A stretch of 63,496 nucleotides of DNA, filler included, from Collodictyon triciliatum (taxonomy: Eukaryota): NCBI GenBank assembly GCA_043381765.1. It is 11 parts of 11 records of this genome, joined end to end, with 100 filler letters (N's around TTAATTAATTAA, not from the genome) between each part and the next. Parts side by side here need not be neighbours in the genome. Positions count along the whole stretch, not along the records: positions 17,740 to 23,544 come from JBHJMP010004926.1; positions 23,645 to 29,451 come from JBHJMP010004927.1; positions 29,552 to 35,357 come from JBHJMP010004928.1; 8 more parts are not named here. The stretch is one strand, 5' to 3'. A model generated the notes under the pieces. The model did no database searches and had not been told where the DNA came from. It was given only the letters and a program-made list of their open reading frames with translations. Shown here one piece after another: positions 17,941 through 32,676 of this stretch. The position numbers and the translations under genes were made by a program. The stretch's first letter is position 1, and every line of letters begins with the position of its first letter.

Positions 17941-19288
17941 TTACGAGGAGGTCGAGTTTGCGATGTTTCGCAAGATTCGTAGGGCTTTGATGCGGCGAGT
18001 ATCAGAAAGAGGGTAGTGCGGGGCCGCAGATAATATCCTCTGCTTAATTAACTGGGAGTAGCGCCCAATCAAAGTGAGCTGCTCGGACTAGATGATAGTC
18101 GATAAAGCGTTGAAGTCGAATAAATAAATGAGAAGGTTGTGGCCGAATATAAGAGCATCTCCATATTTTTCTTCAATGCAATTTTGTGCTGCAAAAAAGG
18201 AAGGAGAAAGTATGCCTGAGCGAGGATTGAGATAAAAAACAAAAACAAAAACAAAAACAAAAACAAAAACAAAAACAAAAACAAAAACAAAAAACAAAAA
18301 ACAAAAAACAAAAACAAAAAACAAAAACAAAATACAAAACAGGACTATGTCGCTTTTTGTGAGAGCGACGTAGATAATTGCCAGAAAAAATTAAACGCAC
18401 TTTTTGTTGGATGCGATCAATCACCACTTTCAGTTGGGCAGATACATCAATGCCACGATGGAACTGATCAATTAGGCTCTTGTAATCTCTGAGATTAGAG
18501 TATTTGGTGGACTTAGATTTTTTCCTTCTGGAAAGGATGCCACACCATACATTTGTGGTATATGAACAGGGGGTTCGATAAGCGCATAATCGTAAAATGA
18601 AAGTTTTGAATCAAATAGTTCCTACTGGTTTAATGTCTTAAGCTCCTCACTCAAAGAGTTCATCAAGTCTTGCAGATAGTCTTCAGCGTCGTCCTCAGAC
18701 GGGCCTCCTTGCTTATGATTTCTCGATTCTATCACACGAATTATATTAACTTGCTGGATGAAATACTTCTTGGTTGAATTTCAAACTTAAAGCATTGCAC
18801 ATAAGAAAGAAAATAATGTTTAGAGTAGTACAAACTTCGATAGCTCTCGAGCCTCCCACCCAACACATCATGAACTACTGAATCATTCATCCTTGAGGAT
18901 GCTTCACGAAAGGTGAGTTCTGGCGCCCTTAAACGTCCCAGAACTTTTTGAGCGTTGACGGGCAATGAGTATGAATCTCGTGTGGTCTGTATAATCAATT
19001 ACATAAAATAAGCGAGTTTATAAAATGGTATTACAAAGACTTCTGGGATACAAGCTATTTAATTAGAAGAAAATATAATCTTTGAATCAAATATAAAAAG
19101 AGAAAAGTCAACATAATTAGCATCTCACCGAGCCAATCACAAAAGGAGGGGCATTTTCGAACAGTTTTTCAGGTCTCTTTGGCCCTTGGCTTTTTGACCT
19201 CGTCTAATTTGATAAAATTGAGCGGGAATGAATATTGACAAATGAAGCAAAAAGTTAAAGTATTCAAGGATTTATACCATGATTATAG

Positions 19289-19386
<98 letters not shown>

Positions 19387-22300
19387 CAAAAACGACCGAA
19401 AATTGATCATAATGATATGTAATGAATTACTGAATGCTTTTTTGTCTTTTCTTTCTTTTTCTTTGGGCTTGGATTGGACGTCTGAAGGAATATAGTATGA
19501 AAAAAAAAAGCTTAAATGTCATATATTGCCGTAATTCAAATGGGCAACTATAAGCCATTATGTATGACATACTAGGCTAGGATTGACAGACGACAACGAC
19601 TTCTGCAAAAGTGAGGTATTGATATCTAACACTCTTCTCAATGATGCCTCAGTCTAACAAAATATTTTGTATATTATTATTATTATATTTATTTATATTA
19701 TTATTAATGGATTGAAGTATTACTGAAGCAAATGCCTACAATATTAATTGTTCAGCTGTGTACCTTTTTCTTATCCTCTTCGATAGATTCTCTTAAATAT
19801 CGCTCGACATTGATTTGATGTTCCATTTCTAGAAGTCTCTAAATCCAGGGATTGAAAGGGTTGGTACAGTTGAATTCAAATAGAAAAAATTGATGAGAAT
19901 TTTTTTTTTAGAATCTTAAAAAAGAATACACCTATGGGAGCAATATGAACGAATGTGCAATTACTATCGGGATATGCAGCGAATAAATATATAGTATACA
20001 TCAGCTTCTTCTTCAGATTCTGATTCGCTGGATGAAGGGTCAGTTTGAAGGCCAGTTGTAATTTTTCGGGCAGATGAGTTAGCAAGGCTCTGTTACCACA
20101 TTTACAATTGTTAGTACCGAGAACAAAACAAAAGAATAAAGAATGAATTCAACGAATACAATACTAAATACAATACTAAATACAATACTAAATACAATAC
20201 TAAATACAATACTAAATACAATACTAAATACAATACTAAATACAATACTAAATACAATACTAAATACAATAATAGCGATGGTAATTAAAAGCAGTGACTC
20301 AATCAAGCAATATTTCTATTATCATACCAGTTTTTCAAGTTCTTTTTCCATCTTAGCTATCTTTGCATTGGCCTGTTTTAAAACGGAATAAGAGCAACGT
20401 TAATGCCAATCAAAGGGTCATCACGATCTGGTAATTAAGAAACATGTGAATGTGTAAAAATGCAAACAAATGTTAGTACCTCCATTTTTTCTATCTGGGC
20501 CTGTTGTGCTATCGCCCTGATTTGGTCCAACTGCTTCTCAAGAATAGATATCGCATATTCTTCTGTAACGGTACCTGACAATAAAGCGTTAGGTGGTATG
20601 AAATGCATAACTGAAGCAATACGATTATTATCCGATTTAGGATATGCACTATAATCAAAATAATTAAATATAACACATGATCCTATTTTATCTAATCATT
20701 CCATAAAAATTTTAAAAAATAAAGCCATAAGACTCCAATCACCAGCCACAGCACCAAAGGCAGCCTTTTCTGTATATGACGGTCGACCTGAAATCGAAGA
20801 GTCATACATTTGAGATTGTCTTAATTGCTGCGATTGTCTTACGGGAGAACTCAGCCCTTCTTGCCGAGATGAAGCTCTCTGAAAATGCAATACATTTAAA
20901 ATAATGCATGAATTGGGTAGATTTTATTATATTCTGAAAGTATTTGTGTAATTTATTTATTATCTTTTGCATCGCTGGTCGATAATTGCATCCAAACTCA
21001 CATTAGGCGAGCGAGAATCATCCTTTATGGAATATGATGCCGACGCAACATGCGCTTTGTTATGAACGGTGGCATGGCCTTGGTGATCGGCTTTCCTGAG
21101 TATTCGGTCGTGATTTGTTAGATAACTTGGGTCTGTACCAGAGTTTGTCTGAGGTTGTAAATCCTGTCGTCGTAGTGATGGAGGACTAAAGTGTTCAGAA
21201 GGCCTTGAATCCATAAATGCCATTCGATGTTCTGGTACATTCTGCGGAGACTGTTTTGCAGTTGTTGCAGGTTGCACTTGAGGTACTGGATGTGTGTGAA
21301 AGTCGTTCGGTCTACTTGGTGAGTTCCTTATGCTAACTTGTTCCAAGACAGGAAAATTCTGAACGTTGCGAACAGAAGAATACGACGCATAGTTTTGGGA
21401 CAGGGTTCTACGGGTCGATAAAATATCAGATTTATTATATTGGATTGACTGTGTAACTATAATGCATATATCAAAGTGTATTTATCAAAATTGAGATGGA
21501 AATCACGGGTTAATATATACGCATAATTATCACCTGTCATCATAAAGCGTTTTCGGGCGTGCGTCTTGCTGTAAAATAGAACCGCTGTTTAGTTGCGCAT
21601 GGCTGACGCGGTATTTAGTGCTTTGTACAGGTGATACGGAGGGGATTGGGCCTTAAAATTATATTTGTTTAGGGTATTCAATCAAAGCTCCATCTCAGAT
21701 ATAATCAAACTGTAGGATTAAAGAGGAGAAGGAACACATTTTTTTTTTAAGAAACTCAGATCACTCAAGGTATAAATGTTATACCTTGCAATTCATGCGA
21801 ATTGTACCCATTTGGCTGGTGGGCAACTTTATCGAGGTTTGATTGATACGCTTCCTTCTCTTTTTCTAGTTTTTGGACCTTTTCTTGAAGTGATTGAAGA
21901 GCAGAAAGAACAGCTAACAAAAAAATCCATGTTACTGTATACTAAGGTAGAAGGTCCCTTGATTACAATATTTAATCATTCATAGCCGAACAAATTCAAT
22001 TAAAATGAGTACCACGGCTCTGACTAGGTGATGGGCTAATGCGAAAAGTTGATTGTGTTGAAGTAGTCGAAGAGTTCCTGGTATCCCGGACTATATCGAG
22101 TGGTTTCAAGTTTATTCTCTGGCTAATATACATGACTTTATACACTTTTTTAAAAAAAGTCACATAAATTTTTATTATGAGGAAAAGACTAGAAAATGAA
22201 TATTCAAAAATATATTTCTTTCAAAATCTACCAGGAGTAGATATATCTGTTTGTGGAGTAGAGTACCCAGACCCAATGCCATTAGCAAATTCAGTGCCTA

Positions 22301-23413
22301 GTAATTATAAAAAAAAGAGCCTTTTTTTTATTTTTGCATGCGAGACTCTACAATTCTCGATAAATACTTCAATGGATGATGAAATAATGGAATTCCCTAT
22401 CAAACAGTTTCAAAGGGAATACACGATATGTTTACCAGCAACAGCAAGGTCCTTCAAGTGTTGATTAATTTGAGCTAGCTCTAAAAGTTTTGATTGGCTA
22501 GTTGGGGTTGCGCTTTCAGCAGGGTGCATGTCCTTCTGCGTCCTAGGAAGCGACTAAATATCCGATCAGTTATGATGGTGCACATATTATTAGTTGTGAA
22601 AATATTTAAACAAAAACGCAACTAAGTTATTTTCCTCAAAAGACATTTCACCTGGTAATTAGACTGAAGGGACTCTGAGTAATCTTGCTGCAATAAAGAT
22701 GCGATTGACTTTCCAGAGGAGTATTTTGAAGTAGCATCAGCAGTGAACTTGGTCCCGACTACAGCGTTTGCGGTTGGTGACATGAATTTCGTTGGAATAT
22801 GTGATATTCTATTCGAAACAGAGCTCGTCTCGTCTGCAAGATGCTCTTTTTGAAACGAAGAGTTCGTTCCAGTCCCGTGAGTCATTTGAGAGTTCCCTCG
22901 CTCCTTTGCATCAGGAGATTTTGTTCCCATCAAAGTATCTCTGATAGTATTACTCAGTTCCTGAAGTTCATCGAATGGTGAAGAATCCTGGCATGACGAA
23001 TGACAAAATGATGGGTCATGAGATTGACTGGAGTCATAAAGAGAAGCAACATGTAATCTTGAGTATCAATCGATTGAAAGTACTCACACCAGCAAATAGA
23101 TCATAGTCCTGGCTTAGGCCAGTAGCAACCTTTTAGATATATTGGGGTGAGGTCTTGTTTCCAAACAATGTGCTAAAGTCAAGGAATAGACAGCACTCAT
23201 AAGCAGCCACAAGCAAGATAAGATAAAACGATCAAATAAAAAAACGAAGAGAAAGAGGGAGGTATGCAAGGAACTCCCAACAAGGTGTAAATATACACTG
23301 CGAACTCAAGAGGAAGACGAGGAATTTGATGGACTTAAAAAAAAAAAGAAAAAAAAGTGCATTACATAGTCGGGAAGCGGTGGCGGTCCGAGGCTGGTGT
23401 GCAGGTGATTCAT
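17941..23413 (-). CDS. CEP57: CEP57/translokin-like centrosomal protein with long disordered N-terminus; multi-exon
   Basis: Spliced peptides ISILEKQLDQIRAIAQQAQIEKME (cf. LLEKQLEYMR coiled coil), APPFVIGS|TTRDSYSLPVNAQKVL (cf. PFVAGKSTSPSH..ANVQ.VL) and DYLQDLMNSLSEELKTLNQDYKSLI...QLKVVIDRIQQKSEQLTLIGRY (Cep57 microtubule-binding domain pattern). Stop 17941-17943; start MNHLHTSLG at 23413 is inferred. Confidence 0.75.
20154..20270. repeat. (AATACAATACTA)n 12-nt minisatellite in a CEP57 intron
   Basis: Tandem 12-mer visible; gives the TILN/SIVF pseudo-ORFs. Confidence 0.9.
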
Positions 23414-23841
23414 CACGTTTCGTGTCTTTGCTGCAAAGGTAGAATCAAACGACTTCTTTCAAACTACTATTATAAAAAGGTCTACGTCGGAGCAATCCAA
23501 AGAACCGTCAATCAGACAAAAAAAAAACCAAAAAAAAACCAAAANNNNNNNNNNNNNNNNNNNNNNNNNNNNNNNNNNNNNNNNNNNNTTAATTAATTAA
23601 NNNNNNNNNNNNNNNNNNNNNNNNNNNNNNNNNNNNNNNNNNNNAAACAAACAAACAAACAAACAAACAAACAAACAAACAAACAAACAAACAAACAAAC
23701 AAACAAACAAACAAACAAACAAACAAACAGGCTGAAAAAAAAGCAAAAGCCAAAAGTAGGATTTATTTGCTATCTCAATCACAATTTGGCTATTTTACTG
23801 TCGCACACATCTCAAGATTATACTGAATTATTCTGTCAAAC

Positions 23842-26800
23842 CTGATAATATGTGGGACCAAGGAAGTGAAGAGCCTCTAGTTTTCGGCCAGTGTGTCCAC
23901 TGTACATAACCTCATTTCCATAGCGTTGATAGCCAAGGCGGTGAAGTTCCTCCGAGACATCACGAGCGATATTCTTTGCCACAAACGGAGTTGCATCTCC
24001 TGATTGCCCATGCAAGGCTGCGACCTGTAAATTAACATGCACATCATTTGTTGTTTTTACCACCAAGGAAAAAATATATCATAGTTATCATTTTTGTCCT
24101 CAATGATATTATGCAATAACAGTAAATAAATATAAACGAACAATTAAAAAAAAATTCGAAAGTCTGGAAAAGAAAAAAAGACAGGGACGGTGGGAGTGTC
24201 CCACCGAAGTGACAAGAGATGAATTAAGTAAGATCGAAGATAACGATGAACCAAGCTACGCATGTTTTGGGGAACGATAGCGAAAAATAAATAAATAATA
24301 ACACCTTGACAGTGTTTGACTGACCTTGCCTTGTAGACACTCGATCAGTTGTGCAATTGTCATGCGGGAGGGAATAGCGTGTGGGTTCACAATGATTTCT
24401 GGGGTAATTCCTTGGACAGAGAATGGCAAATCCTCTTGTCTATACGCGATACCACACGTTCCTTTCTGTCCGTGGCGACTCGAAAACTTGTCACCAATTT
24501 GGGGGATTCGAATCGAACGCACACGAACTTTGACGAATTTATGTCCGTCGGCGTTTTCTGAGTACAACACCTGAGTGATGAGAGTTATCGCGTTGTAATA
24601 TACGACACAATGGAGAGATGATACCGGTATTTAAGAGATTGAGGGGAAAACGTGAAAGAAGTATGAAAAGAGGCATGCAAATCTGCGAGGAATAAGCAAG
24701 CATATTTATCATGATTATGGTTATGATAAGAGAAAGGCATGAGGAGAAATGTGGAGAATGAAGTGAAAGAAAAAAGCCCACCTTGTCAACAACTCCAATT
24801 TCTGACGACCGCAAACGAACACTGCTGTCCATTTTAGTGAAGCGTTGTCGGTTTTCTCCGACCTCTTCTGGTGGTAAAGGTGTGGTTTTGCCGATGATAA
24901 CGTCTCCAGATGCACCGTTTACCTGATTTATTTCCAAAGGTTAAAATATGAATGTGTCTGCCTTTTTTTTTTTTTTTATACTAAATATGAATAGTGAGAA
25001 CAAGAACAAAAACGAGGAAAAAAAAAAAAAGCAAAATACAACAAGAAATAACAATATATATATACACCTGAACTCCAGGAGCAACGAATCCGTCGTCATC
25101 TAGCTTATCAATATTGGAGTGGCGCGTAATTCTACACGTCAAAGGATTGGGCTTCTCTATTTCTTCGATTGTTCGCCTCTATTTTCCACAAGGATTGTAG
25201 AGACAACAGAACATACATTGGTCATTAATAGTTTAAAAAAATTGTTAAAATATAAATTCAACCCTTGGTTTGTAAATAGTAAGATACCCCAATAATAGAA
25301 TCGACCTTCGCGGCGCATGAATAATTTTTATAAACATATAATCAAACGGGTTTAAATCACATAGAGGTGAGAGAAGTTTTCTGTCTGAAGGATTACAAAC
25401 CAGAGTTCTTGCTTGCTCCTTATAAGTGCGATAAAATATGGATCTGAAAAGTCCGCGGTCGATGGCCGATTGGTTCATGATAACAGAATCGTCCTGGTTA
25501 TATCCAGAGTAGCATGCAATTGTGGTTATGGCGTTTTGTCCTGCTGGGAGTTCGCGGAAGTGGAGGTATTCCATAGCCCGAGTACCAACCAAGGGCTTTT
25601 GAGGATAGTAAAGAACATGGGAGAGCGTATCAAGCCTGAGTTGGTAGTTAGTTGCGTAAATTCCCATGGCCTGCTTACCCATGGCCGATTGGTACGTGTT
25701 ACGTGGAGACTAAGCAGACAGATGCGTAACATATGAAGTTTATGTTAGTGGTGTTTGGTGTGAAGAAAAATAAATATACATAGGCAAGGTCTACATATCA
25801 TGAAGCAGTATAAATCGGCTTTTTTTTTCTATCAAACTAAATACTTGATTGTGGTCGGGGAACGGAATGATGGATGCACACACGCCAAGGATCATGGAAG
25901 GATGAATTTCACAGTGCGTATACACTTTTCCTGTTTCAGTCTCTGGGTTCATGTAGAAATCATCGACACTCATGGCACAGAGAATACTTTCCTCCTCTTC
26001 CACGTCAATGTACTCGACCATTCCCCTTTCCAGCAAAGATCTCCATCCCATGTCGACCGACTACAAAAATAAGAATATATATGTCACCTTACCCAAAACA
26101 AGAGCTGATTGTTCTTCACATGATAGAAAAAGGAGGGTCAAAATAAAGTTAGCTAAATACCCTCTGCTGAAGCTGTATTGTGTCGCTCTTTTTGATAACG
26201 AGATTCCCTTTCTCCACGATGAAGAGAGGCCTCATGCAACGCCCTGGATCGCTGCTGATTCTAATCTCTGAATCCCGATAATCCCATGAGATACCAATCT
26301 CGTAGTTGAATTCACCGTTGCGGCGCTTGTACTTGAGATCGTTGTAGAAATCAGAGGGGTTGTCATGGATTCCAACCCAAGCACCATTCAAAAATATTTT
26401 TGTGCCAGAGGATATTTCAGAAGGGGTGATCTCTTGCAAATTACGACAACCAAGCTCGTTCAAATCATTGATTAGCGTGTCACACTCGTCATTGATGGAA
26501 ATGTAGCACATAAGGGACAAGTTTTTAACAAGCCCACAAGCCTGTCCTTCTGGGGTCTCTGCGGGGCAGACAATGCCCCAATGTGTGTTGTGGAGCTGAC
26601 GGGGTTTGGCAAGCTTTCCTATAATTTTGAGTCATTTACAATCCATTAAGTTGAATGTTGTTAAGTTACGGTTGTTCAGGTCCCATAGGCATTTGGTCCC
26701 GAATTCACCCCATTCATATCAGTGAGAAGAAAGAGAACAAAATTGCAATGCGGTAGAAATACAAAACAGAATGGAATCGTAAGGTCAATTGTAAAAAGAA

Positions 26801-29451
26801 AAAGGAATATGTGTATTTAAAAAAAAAAAAGAGAGATATCAAGGAGGGAGGGTGAAAGAGAGAGGAGGAGAAGACGTATTATAGAGAGCATCGAACAAAT
26901 TGCATGGTTGACCTTCTCTGCCAACTGGAGTGTTGACTCTACGGAGATGAGACAATGCGGACATGAAAGTCAAGCGATTGAGCACTTGTGAAACACCTGC
27001 CTTTGTCTCGTGAGCCTTTTTCTTATCACCCCAATTGCCTGTTGCGAGAGAGTATTTGAGTCCGTCTGTAATGGATCTTCTCTCCAGTGTCTTTTTAAAG
27101 TTTGCTTGGTCTGCCCACTCCGTTGAACTTTTCATTTCCTAGGTAACAATTTTCATTAGCCCAGCAAACAAAACTTCATAGCTGTCGACCAGATTGTTCT
27201 TGGGGGGGAGGTTTAAAATTAACAGCCAATTGGATAATTACTGTAACCTTTGATATTTCAAGAATAAATAAAATTATGCCGGGCCTCGGGGAGGACTTTG
27301 CTTACATATTTGATGTAGTTTCCTGCCTCCTTCAGATATTTTTTGAACAGCTGTACAAAAAGCCTGGATAAGAGGATTCCGGTAAGGTCAACGCGCTTGT
27401 TTCCATAATGGTCGCGGTCATCTTGGTCTCTACGGCCAAGCGCAGTGAGAAGCAATCTGTGTATCATGTATCCATAGAAGTAGCCCTAGGCAGAGTAATA
27501 CGATGATACTTAAAAGGCGGTAACAAAAAGGAAATATGCGAAGACAGGGATGGGTACATCTATTGCAAGGACGAATGCGCTGAGTTGGAATAGTCCAGTT
27601 AAATTCACTCTGAAAAGTACTCTGATTATCATTATATGTTATCATATTTTGTGTTATGAATGATACTTTTGTGGTGGTGGCTTCTACACCACCAATATGA
27701 GGGAGAAAATATTTGCCCATAAGTTCTCTACTGTAGAGTATACGCTGCTGGGGAATGGTAACTCTGCCAAAGAGTGCACGTCGTGCGATATAATCCAGAG
27801 CATCCTTAGTTGAACGGAAAAAAAAAATAATTACTTGAGCAGATAAATGCCTTTTATACATAACAATTTCCATGTATACATAGGGTATCTCACGTTGCAA
27901 CCAATTCTAAGTGGTGGTGTTTATCCTTTGTTAATAACTCGACAAACCGTTTCTTCTTGCAGCTCGGGATATATGTTCATGGAACTTCTCAAGGCATCCA
28001 ACATTTGCTGGTCGTCAAATTCGTAAACAATATGCTCGAGGATGACTCGGTCGGCCTCGAATCCTAAGGAGCGGAATATGATGACCATGGGGATATCCTT
28101 GCGAACATAGTGAATTGCCGTGGTAATGGACCCCGGCTGGTCTGTGTCCTTGTCCTTCGCCTAGAAGCCGTATGTGTGAGACATGTGATTTATGCTCCTT
28201 AATTCCAAACTGACATGATCACAAATAACTTACATCGATGTTATTCGAGAGCAACTTCACGGTGAGAGGGATTGTCATTTGATTCCCTTTGTCGCCCGAT
28301 GTTCGGATTTCGGCGACATGTGAGTGCTTCCCTTTTCCTTTGAGATCGAAAACAAACACTTTCTCGGTGGCCATTCTTTCCTGCGCGATGACGACTTTCT
28401 CGCTCCCGTTGATGATAAAGTAGCCACCCTTTCAGATTAAGGCTCATTACAAGAAAAGCAGAAGGGGAGGAAAAGACCAAGGAGATATGAAACGAAAGAA
28501 AATATCATAAGTTCTGATGCTTTTTTTTTTTTTTACCTTATCGCAGGGACACTCTCCATATTCTTCCATGATTTGTTCGCTTCCTGTTTTCAGGGAGCAG
28601 TATTGGGACTTGAGCATGATCGGAATCTGAGCGACGAAAAGATATGTTACAGAGAATACTAATTGGCAAAGGTGAGACCATGGAATGCTGCGCTTAAAGT
28701 ATATAATTATTTTTCAATGTGTTTGATTACTTTGCAAAGTTCAATAGGTTTTCGCTGCATGTGCTGTTGTTGTTCATTGGAGGGATTCCTTTCTTGCTGA
28801 AGTGTAAACTCAACCTTAAAAGTGGAGGCGTACCTAATTCGTAGAATAGTCGTCTGTATCTCATTTCAACACACTATGATGGTGACTGTAGCAACCGGGC
28901 CATAATGATAGCGATAATATCCATGATAATCGCAACGAGAAGATACACATAACCCATCTCAGATTATGCACTTATATGTTAAATTGGAGGTAAAAAAAAG
29001 CATAGGTGATAAGATGCCCTTTTTGTAGTCACAAACTCACGTTAGGTTTCTCAAACGGGCTTCGTTTGGCAGGATTCTCACGTTGCGTCCGCTTCTCTCC
29101 GAATGCTGTGGTCTTGTGATAAAAACCTGATGAAAACGAACCAAGGCGTACATCTAAAGAAAGCATGAGAGAAAAATCATCAGCTTCACATAATTTACGA
29201 AGCAGCGTGCAAGAGCGTGCATCCAAACACTCCGTTCACTTAGATATTCAACCAAAAATTACACGAAATACAATGATGAAAAAGATTATGAAAAACTGGA
29301 TAAACTCAACGTACGCTGCTATGTCGTAATTCTTCGCGTGAGTTTACGATGGGACAGTCCACTTCGACGATTGAACGCGGGTCTTGAACAACCTCCATGA
29401 TTTTTGAGCGGGCAAACTGGTCGAACGACGCGATCTGCTGCTGCACAAGCG
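23842..29451 (-). CDS. RPB2: RNA polymerase II second-largest subunit, multi-exon, truncated at both ends by contig limits
   Basis: [143 protein letters not shown]; Pol II-type rather than Pol I/III-type. Confidence 0.97.
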
Positions 29452-29758
29452 NNNNNNNNNNNNNNNNNNNNNNNNNNNNNNNNNNNNNNNNNNNNTTAAT
29501 TAATTAANNNNNNNNNNNNNNNNNNNNNNNNNNNNNNNNNNNNNNNNNNNNAGTGTCGGTTTTCTAATGCCACCCTGGTTGAGTTCAATTCTCCTTTTGT
29601 TAATTTTTTTTTTTTAAAAAAAAAAAAAGAAGAAATAATGGCAATCTGGATATTTTGGTATATATTTAATCAAGTTATCGTTCTTTATGTGAAATCGAAT
29701 TGCGAAGCTTTTTTTTTCTTTTGTCAAGCTCTTTATTCTTTTGATGTTCTTGATGCTT

Positions 29759-32620
29759 TCAAAGAAATATCTGTTTGGCCTGGGAATGAAGCTGCTCCAC
29801 TGGGCAGTAAGGACACTTGAATCTGCCAAGGGTGAGTTGTTCATAATTTGATGATATTGCACATAGATGAAAAGAAATACTGCAAAAAAAAAAAAACATT
29901 TAAAAAACATTTAAAGAAATAATTGCATTCAAGTAATTCTAATTCAAAAAAATGAATGGGTATGAGTAAGGCGAGACGAGGACTTTCTGGTGGTATGGTA
30001 TCACTGAAAACTTGAAGTAGACAAGAAATGGAGTGGCTTCTGCAGCTCAAACCTCATAGAACCCTTCGCAAGTTTCTGGATTGATTGCTTTGCAATAATG
30101 TGTCCGCACACAAGCGCCATGGGAGGATTCTCTTCGGTGGTTAATTCACGCGAAACAGGACAAGTAAGCACAGAGTGGTATTGATAATTGCGCCCCAAAT
30201 CAATTTCGACCTGTAAGTTTGGGGAAAATGTGCGAGGTAAGAGTATATTTATGAGTAATTGAGTAGATAAAAAAATTGAATGGTATTTTGGAGTAAGGAA
30301 ATAATAAAATAAAAATAAAAATAACATTATCAAATAAAAATAATCATTGACAATATATATAGATAAAAAGGGGATATAAAAGCTAAACACACCGAGAGTT
30401 TGTCGGAGGTATTCCAATCGCTACTTTTTCCGGACATGACGGAGGCCAGCTTCAGGAGGGTTGGGAGGGCGATAGTACCAGCGCAAATGCTGTATATTTG
30501 ATTATATGAGTGGTACGCATAACATTCGATATGTGGCCTTATGGTAGCCAGTAGAAGAATCCAAGGAAATATGTCATGGAATGAGAGATAGATTGCACTC
30601 ATAAAACAAGAAGGCTGACATGAAACCTTGTGTATAGAGGGCTGTCATGCGGTATATCCATCATTGCACAAGCATCCCGAACAAATGTTTGACTGAGGTC
30701 GATCCAATTCTCCTGTGAGAACAAATCTGCATATGGGGATGATTCGAGACGACCGAGGTAGGGAATGGCACCCATGAGTCTTTGAATCTCTGGATATGAG
30801 TATGGATGAGTTTGAGTGCAATAAAAAGCTGGCGAGAAGGGGACAAAAGGACTGTGATTATCATATCTCTCTCTGAAAGTCTAGTTAACCAAAACTTGTC
30901 GCACAAATAAAAGTCCGTAAATTTGTGAAAAGGTGTAAAGATGAAAAGAAAGGGGCTAATAAGAAAAATCCACTTTTGTTCGATTTTTTTTTCCTTTATT
31001 CTATTAAAGGGAACTTTTATTCGAAAAGATATTATGACCAAAGAGGAGTGTATCTCTTACGAATAAAAATAAATAATTCATTAATTAATTAAATGAAAGC
31101 TCAAGAAGGACTCACCTTCTAGGTGAATCTCGCTGTGGTTGTGGAAATTATGGCGTGCATATTGCAAGGCTTCTTTGTTTTTCTTTTCGGACAGAAGCTG
31201 GATATACTTAAGTCGGTGAATTCGAAACTCTACATCGCTAGCTATTTCGAATAACTTGTCTCGATTTTTGATCGCCCATCTAGAAATGTAGAGATTAGAT
31301 GATTGGATCAAGCATATCATGCTAATATAAATGTAATTGAATTTTATATAAAATGAGTATGTGATGAATGACTGGAATAAATTATAAGATTCCTTTGTTT
31401 GATTCAAGGGAACTGGAGTAAAGAAATATGAAATAGAGTTATTGTTATTTTTAGATGTAGAGAGTAACAGTTTCATGAGATGAACTTACTGCAGCGGAAT
31501 ATCAAGGTCTTGATGTCGAATTGATTCCAAAACTGCGTATAAATCCGCAAATGGAGCTTTGATTGATTCGGGAACGGTGACCTTCGATTCCTATACACAT
31601 CCACATTTTGACTTATTGAGAGTGCTTGTGATGAAGGGGGACAAATTCATGAGACCATATGTGTTACAAAACGAAAATGCATGCGGGAGTTAAGTAATTG
31701 CATTCACTTGCAATGTACATTATTACGTTTGCTTGATTTCAATTATTATTGTAGATAGAAAACGCCACCAAAAAAAAAATCAAAGAAGAAAAACCTGCAC
31801 AAATGTATCTGCAACATGGAAACGACCTTGTCTATACAAATGTCCAGCGATTACTTCATTTATTAGTGTCTGATCAAAGGATATAGGTCGGTGCGCCTTT
31901 GTTAGATCGCTCATCATTATCTAGAAAAAGGTTGGAAGTGTTTTGACAGATTTTGTATTTAAGAATATGTATTAGAGTGATTGCCTACATTGGGTAAAGT
32001 CATCAGAGAAAAAAAGAGGGTATTGAAATGAGTGCCAACAAGGACTCTATAAATCCCTGTAAAATTAAATGATATGAAAACAGATATGAAAACAGATATG
32101 AAAAGAAAATGACAGTATAAACCTTTTCAGCTGTTTTTCCAAACATGATGACGTGTGTTTGTAAGTCTTTCACTTCCTCCTGACAATCGAGTCTCTTAAC
32201 ATTTGTTGATAGGTCGGACAAAGTCTTCGCGATAGGTATTTCCGCAGTGGAAGGCTCATCTGTGCAACATATACAATTTACTTTCGGAATGAAGCCATAA
32301 GCTGCTAAAGTGTGAAGTTGGATATTATACAAGGCTAGGGTACTAGAAACAGATCAGCGGGTATATATCTCCCCCAAACCAGAGCGAAGAATGCTTTGCG
32401 CTTTGCGGATCTCAATGATCATCTCTTCGATCGACCGTATTGTGCGCTGCTGAGCTACCTGGGACGATGATGAGATGTAGATTATGTAATACGTTAGACT
32501 GGTCCACATCTAATATGACAATAATAAATAAATAAATAAAAGAATAGAATTAAGTGTCACTTTTTGCTTCTTCATGGCACGCTCAAGGTCTTTAGAGAGA
32601 GTCTCGGTAGCCTGTGACAT
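29759..32620 (-). CDS. RMND5: RMND5/GID2 RING subunit of the GID/CTLH E3 ligase, complete multi-exon gene
   Basis: LisH (INEVIAGHLYRQGRFHVADTFVQE), CTLH/CRA (WAIKNRDKL..SDVEFRIHRLKYIQLL..EALQYAR; EIQRLMG), AGTIALPTLLK, degenerate RING YHSVLTCPVSRE...NPPMALVCGHII...RFKCPYCP; stop 29759-29761. Confidence 0.95.
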
Positions 32621-32676
32621 CTTGTAAGCGCTTCGTGCGATTCCCTGTGGATTGTTTGGGGAGCCGTAACAAGCGA

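Noticed and set aside
29552-29600. GAGTTCAATTCTC as the T-arm/B-box of a tRNA fragment
   Set aside because: Stem too short, with no acceptor, D or anticodon arm.
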